Shown here: in pieces, positions 28,288-37,198 of the stretch
Numbering within the stretch: the first letter of the stretch is position 1
How the letters are laid out: every line of letters starts with the position of its first letter
Virus record (IMG/VR): IMGVR_UViG_3300045988_154277
Origin: a virus
Length of the DNA stretch: 64,000 nt
Reading direction: 5' to 3' (one strand)
Made by a program: the position numbers and the translations under genes
Notes under the pieces: generated by a model
What the model saw: only the letters and a program-made list of their open reading frames with translations
What the model was told of the DNA's origin: nothing
The model's database searches: none

Positions 28288-28982
28288 ATTATCAAGACTT
28301 CGTTACTGGTTACACATTATGACCATCCCTTAGCACGTATATTTGTACGCTTTTATTTCAGCATAGGACATCTCGATGTTTCTTTCTATCTTTCGATCAC
28401 ATTCACGCCCGCCTTTTGAGCCACGTTGTAGTACATCGAGCTTTAGTTGCTTCCAGTTATTAGAAGGTTTACGCACCACATCCTTTCAGATATAGTGTTC
28501 TGTGCTAACCCCTTGATAATCAAGATGTTAGACAAAATTTGGGGCCGCGGATATTTCGGGAGATACTCCTATCGTCACATCTCCATACTCGCGTTTGAAC
28601 TTTGTTGCAAATAATGTAAATATGGCACCTAGTCGAAGGGACGGATTCCTGCCAACACCTATGTTCGTTACAAGACGCTACTCTTATAACCGCGCCATTA
28701 CGCGCAGTACTACTTTCGTAGTTCTTAGGTCAGACTAGATCTCAAACTTGACTATCGTCAAGCCCACTACCGTTTCCATCACCATATCGCTTGTGATGTA
28801 CTCCCGGAGATTAACCCGGGATAGTCGTTGCACCGTATCTCTCCGTTAAGGAGAGGCTTGGCCAGGGTTAGCATATACCTCACGATACTTAGCGTTCCCT
28901 GTTTTCAGTAGTGTCTGCTACGGGGTATCACTATCCCGTAGTCCTTGTAGTTTGACAGCTTACTTTGTCAATAAGTTGTCAA

Positions 28983-30134
28983 TTACGTTAAGAGACAGGT
29001 CAATCCCCTTACATAGTCCATGCCATATTTTCTGCACTCTTCTTTGCACTCTTCGATCAGAACATGCAACAGGTTGTAGATGTCCTCATCGAACTTTGCC
29101 AATGCAGCGTTGTGTTTCGCTACCGCTTGCGGTATCGTCAATCCCATCCGTTTGGTCATCAGATTGATCAATTCCAATTTCCAACAGACCACACCGATCA
29201 GGTATGGAAGATGGAGTTCATCCGCTTCATGTGGTTCGGTGATCGGTACGATCACACCTCGGAACGAACAATGGAGTCGTGCACCCATAACCAACTTACG
29301 GATATAACCGATCTTACTGATCAGTTTCACCTTGGAGATCAGAGTGCTGTATTCCACGATCGACCGTTGGATCTCCCACATCCGTTGATCCACGAACTTG
29401 GGACCAACTGTTCCATAGTTGAATACGTAGATCAGAGCGGACAACTCTGCTTTCGCATCCAAGATCGCTTCCACGGTATCATCACTGTATTGCATGGTAC
29501 CGGAGGTTGTGATCAGATGGAGAGCTTGGTTCAACACCGGAATATGTCGAATGAAGATCCTGTTGCGATAGCGCTGGATATATTCGGCGATCCCTTCTGA
29601 CCTAGCTCTTGCGGATGGTTGTTTTAACGGCGCATAATCGTTGAGGAAGAACCTTACGATGTCGTCGAAGTTATTGTAGAAATACTCAAACCCCTGACCG
29701 AGCAGTCCTTTCAACGGTTGCGGTAACTCAACATCGACATTGAGTAAGGACTCCAATATCGATACGGATTTGCACTTACCGAGCCACTTATCCAACACTC
29801 GATAGACTGCAGGATGGATGACACTTGGTGCAAAAGGAGGCAACTCCAACCAAGCACGGAACTTCACCTTATCGGCGAAGTAAGTACGAACAGGTGTATG
29901 ACACCTGCTACACACAGTGCCTTCATAGAAGTTACCTTCGAGATGTCCACACTCACAAGATGCGACGAAGTTCAGTTCCTTGACACCGTCCTGGAATAGG
30001 TTCTGGATCTGTTCTCTCATCTGACTCTTGGATGTGAACTGCTGATCACAAGGGATGACTTTCGCATCCGGATCCTCCCAGAACATCTTCTCGTAGTCTG
30101 TCGGGATCAACCGTACAAGTTTCCGTGTTGCCAC
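28983..30134 (-). CDS. multisubunit RNA polymerase beta' subunit, N-terminal fragment (split gene)
   Basis: zinc finger CECGH..C.RCHTPV like E. coli beta' [42 protein letters not shown] like [32 protein letters not shown] like [31 protein letters not shown]..ELHLP like GKRVDYSGRSVITVGP..RLHQCGLP; ends before NADFDGD; GTG start with AAGGAG RBS. Confidence 0.75.
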   Translation of the reverse strand: [383 protein letters not shown]

Positions 30135-30231
30135 CTTGTACTCCTTGTTATTGGGTTCCTGTGAAAAATAGAAGAGGATAGCCTGGATCTATCCTCCCCT
30201 ATAAGGTTACTGCTGTTTACTCTGATCGAGA

Positions 30232-31815
30232 TCAGAGGCAGTAGATGCTCTGCTGATTGGCGTACGGATACTGACCAACCATGACACGGTTCATCTGGGA
30301 GAACCCAGTGAAGTCGTTCGCCTGAGAAGTCATCAGAGGCGCAACGCTGTAGGTCGAGCTGGACGGAGTATCGTAGTTGAGCTTGACGCCCGCCTGATTC
30401 AGGATGGTCGCGATCGCGATCGCGAGTTTGCTGTCGAGGACCACGGTCGTGGTGGTGTAGAGATTCTCAACACCATCGGAGAAGATCCCCTTGACTTCGT
30501 TGATGTGTCCTTCCGGAAGGTTGGACTGACGCAGCAGAGGACGGATCTTGCTGAGGGCGTTCTGCATCTTCGGAGCCAGACGGAGGTAGTCCACCCAACG
30601 GGTGTCCTTGCCGATGCCGTTCTCCTGGTACACACCGGTGAAGTTCCGGCACATCCAGACAGCGACGTCACGTCCGAGGATCTCCGGACCGAACCCACCG
30701 TAGATGCCGTTGCCGAGGAACATCTGCAGAGACGCCACGAACTCAGCACGCTTGTCCTGATAGATCATGGCATCGATGCCGACCGGACGCGCACGTCCTT
30801 CGGTGATGTCGACCGCGAGGAACGGTTTGATCAGCGACTCGTTCACGAAGCGATGGAACTCGTCCACGCTGGTGATGTTGTAGGGCTGCTGAGTCTTCGG
30901 ATCCGTGTACAGGTTGCCGAGGTTCGGCTGATCCTTCTGAGCGAAGGAGGCGTACGGACGGCTCCACAGGGACTGCATGATGAACGCATCGGTCGCCACG
31001 GAGAGCGCCAGGGCCATCAGGTTCTGGTTCGGGATCTTGCAGATCACGTCGGTGATCACGGCAACCGGGATGAACTTACCCGCACCGGTATCTTCAGGAG
31101 AGAGGATACGGGTGTAGCCGGTGATCGCCATGAACGGCTGCTGATCGATTTCTGGCTGACCGAACCGGTTCGTGGTGCCGGTGGGCACGTCGATGCAGAG
31201 CAGGATGCCGATATCGTTCCGAGCCGGAACCGCATGCGGGCTGTTCTTGGAGGTCCAGTCATCGACCGCTTCTTTGCGGGTGATCACGGAGAACCGTTCG
31301 TTGCGGAGGGACTCGACGTTCAGGACGCTGCCACGAACGCAGGAGTTGATCGAGTTCATGATGAACGCGGCCATGTTGTCCGCCTTGGCATAGTCTTCTT
31401 TGCGAACCACGATGGACTGCAGAAGCTTCGCATCGCCGCGCATGTTCTTCAGCATGTTCGCGAAGTCACGGGACTGTTCGGAGATGCTGTTGCTGTCGAC
31501 AGCGCCATAGGTTTCAGCGAAGATCAGGTTGATCGCGAACTTCGACTGTTCGTCGATGAACGCACGCCCTTCCGCACGGGTCGTCGCGATCGGATAGGAA
31601 CTGATCGTGGACTTGAAGTCGACCAATTTCTTGTCGATCTTCTGGATGTAGAACTGACCTTCTTCGGACAGTCCGGTTGCCGATGCGGTTCCTTTCAGGA
31701 ACTCGCTCAGGCGGATGGCGTTCGGGATGGTGGTCTTCGGAGCGGCGTTGTCCATCGGCGAAGATCCGTTCATGTTGGTGTTGTTGGCTGTGGAGCCAGC
31801 GGTTTTCTGTGCCAT
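30232..31815 (-). CDS. abundantly expressed early protein with anomalously high GC; putative chimallin (phage-nucleus shell) or major virion protein
   Basis: AAGGAGGAATTACTATG RBS; promoter motif upstream; about 58% GC against 42% background; adjacent to the beta'-N gene, as chimallin is said to be in phiKZ (recollection, not checked); no sequence-level confirmation. Confidence 0.45.
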   Translation of the reverse strand: MAQKTAGSTANNTNMNGSSPMDNAAPKTTIPNAIRLSEFLKGTASATGLSEEGQFYIQKIDKKLVDFKSTISSYPIATTRAEGRAFIDEQSKFAINLIFAETYGAVDSNSISEQSRDFANMLKNMRGDAKLLQSIVVRKEDYAKADNMAAFIMNSINSCVRGSVLNVESLRNERFSVITRKEAVDDWTSKNSPHAVPARNDIGILLCIDVPTGTTNRFGQPEIDQQPFMAITGYTRILSPEDTGAGKFIPVAVITDVICKIPNQNLMALALSVATDAFIMQSLWSRPYASFAQKDQPNLGNLYTDPKTQQPYNITSVDEFHRFVNESLIKPFLAVDITEGRARPVGIDAMIYQDKRAEFVASLQMFLGNGIYGGFGPEILGRDVAVWMCRNFTGVYQENGIGKDTRWVDYLRLAPKMQNALSKIRPLLRQSNLPEGHINEVKGIFSDGVENLYTTTTVVLDSKLAIAIATILNQAGVKLNYDTPSSSTYSVAPLMTSQANDFTGFSQMNRVMVGQYPYANQQSIYCL

Positions 31816-31898
31816 AGTAATTCCTCCTTATGGCTGTTCTTGGGTTGTTAATGTTTTGTGCACAAATCATCACACGACCCACTCGTACGATGATTCTA

Positions 31899-31917
31899 TT
31901 TAGTTATATATAGGTGA
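31899..31917 (-). promoter_or_regulatory. promoter-like motif (sense: CACCTATATATAACTAAA)
   Basis: recurrent motif about 88 nt upstream of the ATG at 31815. Confidence 0.5.
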
Positions 31918-31924
31918 GACTCTG

Positions 31925-33106
31925 TTGAAGAAAATCCTACCCAGAGCATGCTATGTCAAACAGAAAAGGAATCTTCTCATGTTCAACATCATTTTGAAAT
32001 ATGCATCCGGACAGGCACAGACGATCAGCGAGTGGATGAGATACGTGAACACAGTCGAACTGAGAACCAGTATCTATAAAACTCGATTTTTAATGGGACC
32101 TTTTGTTTACAGTCCATTCGTCAATCTGTGCAAACAGATCTTACACGATGTAGCAGTGACTGATCTATTAAAAAATAGAAGTGATTACGCGAGGTATCAA
32201 CAGATCTACTATCTAATCGGATCTTACCGAGGGATGTTCGATCCTGTATACAACGTGAAATCATCTGGAGGTCTCTTCACCAAAGGTTCTACAGCTGATT
32301 ACGTTCTCAACGTGATGAGAACTTCTCCGATGCAATCTTTGCCATTGGATCGTTCTTGGGATCACTGGAAAGAACTGCAACCGACCAGGATCATCTACCA
32401 CGACTCTATGGAGTTGGTGACCGATCTCGGATCATTCAGTGTTGAGTTCAAGAAACATCCAGCATCTTGGATGACCTGTTCAATCGATCTGATCCTGCTG
32501 ATCTTCAAATATCTGAAGTTCGTGGAATACGGTAACAACACCGGAGATGATACCGATATCGAAACCTATCTTCAACGTTACGTAATCCCAGGATGGTTCG
32601 ATGATCTTCGCAACATCTGGCTGTTCAACGTATTGAACGCGATGATGTTCGATCAGTTCCGTAGGGAAGACGTTTACACAGATGGGACGATCGCTCCTTT
32701 ATCTGGATTACTCGGGGTTGCTCCTGATATCCACAGGATCCAAGCAGAAGCTCAACAGAAAACTCTGTTGTTCGGTGAAGTATTGGTAACCGAATGGTTC
32801 GGTCATACCAAGCCATTGCTCGCATGGATCCGTGAGATTCACGATGATCTCAGTGTACCAGATCTCAGGCAATATGCACATCTGAAGTTCCTGGAAGAGT
32901 TCCCGTATGTTGCATTCGTCATACGACTGAACAACATGATCCGTTCCAGGGAAAGTGCGAAGGTGAATCGAGAGCTCTATCAGCTCCTGAAACGCTACGA
33001 TGATAGTAATATCTATGCGAACCTTCCTCAACAGCAACTGAGAGACAAAATGTCGTATGAAGTAGGACATCTTCTGTCAGAGACGAAAGAATACCAATCC
33101 TACTAA
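31925..33106 (+). CDS. hypothetical protein (up to 393 aa; true start may be the ATG at 31979)
   Basis: long plus-strand ORF with protein-like composition; the ORF-track start is TTG. Confidence 0.55.
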   Translation: MKKILPRACYVKQKRNLLMFNIILKYASGQAQTISEWMRYVNTVELRTSIYKTRFLMGPFVYSPFVNLCKQILHDVAVTDLLKNRSDYARYQQIYYLIGSYRGMFDPVYNVKSSGGLFTKGSTADYVLNVMRTSPMQSLPLDRSWDHWKELQPTRIIYHDSMELVTDLGSFSVEFKKHPASWMTCSIDLILLIFKYLKFVEYGNNTGDDTDIETYLQRYVIPGWFDDLRNIWLFNVLNAMMFDQFRREDVYTDGTIAPLSGLLGVAPDIHRIQAEAQQKTLLFGEVLVTEWFGHTKPLLAWIREIHDDLSVPDLRQYAHLKFLEEFPYVAFVIRLNNMIRSRESAKVNRELYQLLKRYDDSNIYANLPQQQLRDKMSYEVGHLLSETKEYQSY

Positions 33107-33202
33107 AAGACAGTATGTGCTCTATGCCATCAGGACAGTGACCCTTGCGAGTCAACCATTCTGACAGTATAAGATATATACGTCAGTAAAAATATATTGA
33201 TA

Positions 33203-33233
33203 CATAGAGAAGGACTCACCATCCTTCTCTATG
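33203..33233. terminator. bidirectional hairpin between convergent genes
   Basis: catagagaagga-ctcacc-atccttctctatg. Confidence 0.55.
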
Positions 33234-33247
33234 TATCGTTATACTGG

Positions 33248-34888
33248 TTAGAAGATCCCAACCTTAGGTCCTGTCCCAATCGCGTTCATAAGGGTAGCAA
33301 CATTGCCTCCTCCATTGTTGCTGGCGATAGCACCAGCTAACGCTGCGATATCTTGACCTCCACTGGAGACCTCTCTATTTGATCTCGCAGAGTCGATATC
33401 CGACACCGTATCACCCGTCGGTGCATTGTTCGCCGGAGTATACTCCAAAGACAATACCAGATCGCATTGACAGGTATGAACATACTCACTACCGTGACGA
33501 CCTACTTCTAAGAAAGTGTAGGATACTCCAGAACAGATCCCTGTTTTGGTGGTATACATCGAAGTAGCACTGACGGTAGCACCTTGTTCTCCATTAGCGA
33601 TATTGTCTCCATCGTAATGGTAATAGACACAGTATCCTGGTTTAAATGTGAATGGTACTGCAGCAGCCCATTGTGTTGTTACGATCACTCTACGATAAGC
33701 GTTCAAGAGTTCACGAAGCTTATACGGGTTGCTATCATCGAACCGGAACATCGGTTGATAAGCGTTGTACGTCATACCGAGATCCGACTCACCTGCCGAG
33801 AACATATTGGTATTCAACTCACTGACCGATACCTTACCAAGTCCCGTAGCACCTGACTCACCGATCGTAGTTGCACTGTCAATGATCCTGGTAGCATCTT
33901 GGATGATCATAGAGGTACCGTCCATCTCGGACCCACTATCTTGGAGATCTTGCTCCTTAGCGAATCCGTTCAAGATGATGTGTGTGATCGTATCCGCCAT
34001 CGCGTGGTTGACATCGTTACCAGTGTAGTTGTTGCCCACATAGTAAAGATGTGCTGACTCAGGAGTGGTTGGTTTGGTCTCGCACTCAGGGAACACGTAG
34101 AGTGTTTCGTCAGTATAGTAGAACCCTAATCCCTTGTTGTACACTCCATAGTAGGACTGTAAGAACACCATCGCCTGATCGAACGACAAGCTCGGTGGGA
34201 TGTAGAAGTTTTCATAGGTTTTAGTGTTGTCCGGCTGAACGATCGCTGTCTTCTTGATCTCACACAACTTACAGATCAACAAGATCGCATCTTTTATCGT
34301 CACTTGTCTGGCGATGAAGTTCAACTTGATCTTACGGAGATTGTAAGAGGATTGGTCGATCAACTGGAACTCAGCATCAGGGATCATCGCTCCTTGTTGT
34401 TCTTGAGTCATCTGACCCTGTGTATCCGGAACAAGAGCTTCTTTGGAGTACTTCTTACGAATATCGGATTTATCCTTGAAGATCACAAGATACTCTTTGA
34501 TGATTGTGGGAGCAGTCTCACGTTTCATCGTGTTCTTATTCGTCGGTATGAACTTCAGAGAACATTTCAACCCTCTTGAGTTGTCATACATCTGAAGATA
34601 CTGCGCTGGCATCAATGACACCACCAATGAGATCTCATCGGTATAACTACTGTTGAAGTTCTGTTCGATCGTAAGCTTCACAACTTCAAACGGTGTTACC
34701 TCAAATCGTTCGTTGTTCGTTCTATTATCACCAAAGAACAGACATTCGATCGTGTACGATCCGAAGGTAGGACGTTCTGTGATGTTGATCGAAGAAGTGT
34801 TCGGTGTATCCGGAGACGATGCTTCGTTAAGGATCAGATCCACGTTGGCTTTCATCGTATCCGATACTGGCATGATGTATTGAGACAT
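33248..34888 (-). CDS. hypothetical protein (546 aa), possibly structural
   Basis: long ORF; Ser/Thr/Gly-rich segments. Confidence 0.65.
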   Translation of the reverse strand: MSQYIMPVSDTMKANVDLILNEASSPDTPNTSSINITERPTFGSYTIECLFFGDNRTNNERFEVTPFEVVKLTIEQNFNSSYTDEISLVVSLMPAQYLQMYDNSRGLKCSLKFIPTNKNTMKRETAPTIIKEYLVIFKDKSDIRKKYSKEALVPDTQGQMTQEQQGAMIPDAEFQLIDQSSYNLRKIKLNFIARQVTIKDAILLICKLCEIKKTAIVQPDNTKTYENFYIPPSLSFDQAMVFLQSYYGVYNKGLGFYYTDETLYVFPECETKPTTPESAHLYYVGNNYTGNDVNHAMADTITHIILNGFAKEQDLQDSGSEMDGTSMIIQDATRIIDSATTIGESGATGLGKVSVSELNTNMFSAGESDLGMTYNAYQPMFRFDDSNPYKLRELLNAYRRVIVTTQWAAAVPFTFKPGYCVYYHYDGDNIANGEQGATVSATSMYTTKTGICSGVSYTFLEVGRHGSEYVHTCQCDLVLSLEYTPANNAPTGDTVSDIDSARSNREVSSGGQDIAALAGAIASNNGGGNVATLMNAIGTGPKVGIF

Positions 34889-34896
34889 AGGTCACC

Positions 34897-35436
34897 TCAC
34901 TTCATCATCTTCAAGAGATCCAACAAGGAGTTGGATTTTGGTGTTTCGATACCGTGATTCAACGCGTAGTCGCGTTTCAGCTCTTCATAAGCAGTCTTGA
35001 GTTTCCCGCATGTGCCTCTCATCGTTTCGATGTACTGTTTCAACTCTGAACTCCTGGAGATATAGGAGAACATCTCTTGTTCATACCCCTCCATGATCGC
35101 CCAGACCTTCGGCATATCCTCGATGTTCTGGAACTTGAAAGGAACATTATTCACATCCATATCCACGATCATAGCTGGTGGACAGGAGCTAATACACATA
35201 TTCAATTCAGCAGCCACATAGATCGGTTGTGGGATGAAATCATCTCTCATCACAGGTTCTCCTGTGATCTCCTGATACTCCTCATCGGTCACCATACGTC
35301 CATTGACGACAGCGTAACCGGAGTTACGATGTTGTTTGAAATAGTTCGGAAGCGTTGGTTGGTAATACTCTGGTATGTATACTCGGAAGACTTCATCGTT
35401 CATCCTGTCCGAGAATAGTTTTGTGTTCTGAGACAT
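34897..35436 (-). CDS. hypothetical protein (about 179 aa)
   Basis: start refined to MSQNTKLF with ACGGAGGTTCTTATG RBS. Confidence 0.6.
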   Translation of the reverse strand: MSQNTKLFSDRMNDEVFRVYIPEYYQPTLPNYFKQHRNSGYAVVNGRMVTDEEYQEITGEPVMRDDFIPQPIYVAAELNMCISSCPPAMIVDMDVNNVPFKFQNIEDMPKVWAIMEGYEQEMFSYISRSSELKQYIETMRGTCGKLKTAYEELKRDYALNHGIETPKSNSLLDLLKMMK

Positions 35437-35509
35437 AAGAACCTCCGTAGATTTAGCATAGGGTGGTACTAGCAGGGTGAAGAAATACACCCTGCTAGTA
35501 CAGTGATCT

Positions 35510-37195
35510 TTACCAGGCATCTGCCGTTTCAAACGGATTGTAACCCAGTCGTTGAGCTAATGCTCGTTCGTCAGGAGGAAGACCTTCGTAAGACTCACCA
35601 CAATCTCCGTTGATTTCAGGAGGCTTGCCGTAATCGTCTTGCGCACGTCCACCATCATCGGGGATACAGTACCGATCACAATCTTCCAGACCATCCGTCC
35701 AAGGAGGTCCCGGATGATGTGGTGGAACAGGCATCGGAGGTCCTGGTTTGTGACAAGGACAACATCCCGATCCACCCGGAGGTGGTCCAGGAGGAGGCAT
35801 CGGAGGTTTCCGATCACAATCACAGCAGTACACACAAGTACTGCAGTCCATATCACAAGCATCGTTGGTGGGTTCTTCCACGATGATACCGCCCGATCCT
35901 GTTTCCAAGATCCCTTGGAGTTTCTTCAGAAGGAACACCAAGATCGGTATGAAGTAGAACCTCGCCAGTCGTTTACAGGTGAGGATCTTATCCACTAACT
36001 CCAGAAGTACTTTCGGTCTCACTTTCCCTTCCGACAGATACAGAAGGATCTGCATCTGGATCGTTCTCGTCTCAGCATCGTATTCTGTTGGGATGTTGAA
36101 CGGAGGATAGTTGTGTCTTCCATTCGGATGCAAACGAATATAACAGCGATTCGTCAGAGCGTTGATCCCAGCTGTTCTGTAATGAACACCCTTCAGGATG
36201 CGATAACATTTGTCGACAACGACTTCTTCAGGTACGGTATCTGGATCCAAAAGTCTTGCCCAGAAGGATCTGGACCACCACTCTGGTGATGGAACCAACT
36301 GGGTTGGGTATGCTCTGAAGTATTTATAATCGAACACTCTTGTGATGAACTCCACGATGTAAGGATCGTAGAGACAAGGGTTCTCAATGAATGTACGGTA
36401 GATATATTTCTCGTAGAACTCACTCACGTAATACTTGGAGAGTTTGGTGATGGCGTCTTTGACTTGACCCAAGGTCTCCGTCTCATCAGAGGTGAGAAGA
36501 GCTCCTTCTCCAGAGATATAACGTTGAAGATTGAAGTAACGTTCTTCAGTTACACGATCGTTCAACGTATCCAGTTGTTCTTTGGAGAGATAATCTACCA
36601 AGATAAACTTGATCTCATGGCCGGTGAGATCCTTGATCGACAGACGAGTTGGTGGGTCTGTTATCTTGTACAGACCATACACGCCTTTCTGTACTTCATA
36701 GATGAACAGGTCACCCGTCCAAGGTACGAAGAAAGGATAGAGTACCGCTTCTCCCGTGACTTGGGATTTCACCTTGCTTCCGTCATAGGAGAATGCAAGG
36801 CTGTCTTTCAACTTCATCTGGAAGTTGTTGATCTTCAGATACGCAACGTGTACATTATCCTGTTGAAAAGAAAGATCGTTGAAGAATGATCTCGCTGTTG
36901 CATCATTGTTCAGATTGTGATAGAACGTCACAGTGATGGACATTCCGGCACTGTATGCGAGGAGTGCTGTATCCAACGTCGTCTTCGCTGTAGTAGCTAC
37001 GGTGTTGTCAGCAGCATCCGTTGCTTGCACATATGGTTCAGATGCCAACGCCTGGGATGGTGTTGGGTTGACCACTGCGGACGAATCCACTTCTGGTTTC
37101 TCGGAAGGAGGAACCACGAAGCAACTGGTCTCACAGTTGGGTCTATTAGGGTTCTTTGGCTTACGAAGCGTGCCATTCGCTTTTGACATAGGCAT
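35510..37195 (-). CDS. hypothetical large protein with C-terminal Cys-knot and Pro-rich region
   Basis: CDMDCSTCVYCCDCDRKPPMPPPGPPPGGSGCCPCHKPGPPMPVPPHHPGPP; AAAGGAGAAATAACGT RBS. Confidence 0.65.
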   Translation of the reverse strand: MPMSKANGTLRKPKNPNRPNCETSCFVVPPSEKPEVDSSAVVNPTPSQALASEPYVQATDAADNTVATTAKTTLDTALLAYSAGMSITVTFYHNLNNDATARSFFNDLSFQQDNVHVAYLKINNFQMKLKDSLAFSYDGSKVKSQVTGEAVLYPFFVPWTGDLFIYEVQKGVYGLYKITDPPTRLSIKDLTGHEIKFILVDYLSKEQLDTLNDRVTEERYFNLQRYISGEGALLTSDETETLGQVKDAITKLSKYYVSEFYEKYIYRTFIENPCLYDPYIVEFITRVFDYKYFRAYPTQLVPSPEWWSRSFWARLLDPDTVPEEVVVDKCYRILKGVHYRTAGINALTNRCYIRLHPNGRHNYPPFNIPTEYDAETRTIQMQILLYLSEGKVRPKVLLELVDKILTCKRLARFYFIPILVFLLKKLQGILETGSGGIIVEEPTNDACDMDCSTCVYCCDCDRKPPMPPPGPPPGGSGCCPCHKPGPPMPVPPHHPGPPWTDGLEDCDRYCIPDDGGRAQDDYGKPPEINGDCGESYEGLPPDERALAQRLGYNPFETADAW

Positions 37196-37198
37196 ACG

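Noticed and set aside
30505-31851. 448-aa plus-strand ORF antisense to the high-GC gene
   Set aside because: Arg/Val/Asp/Gly/His-rich, as expected for an antisense ORF in GC-rich DNA. The minus gene has a perfect RBS and promoter.
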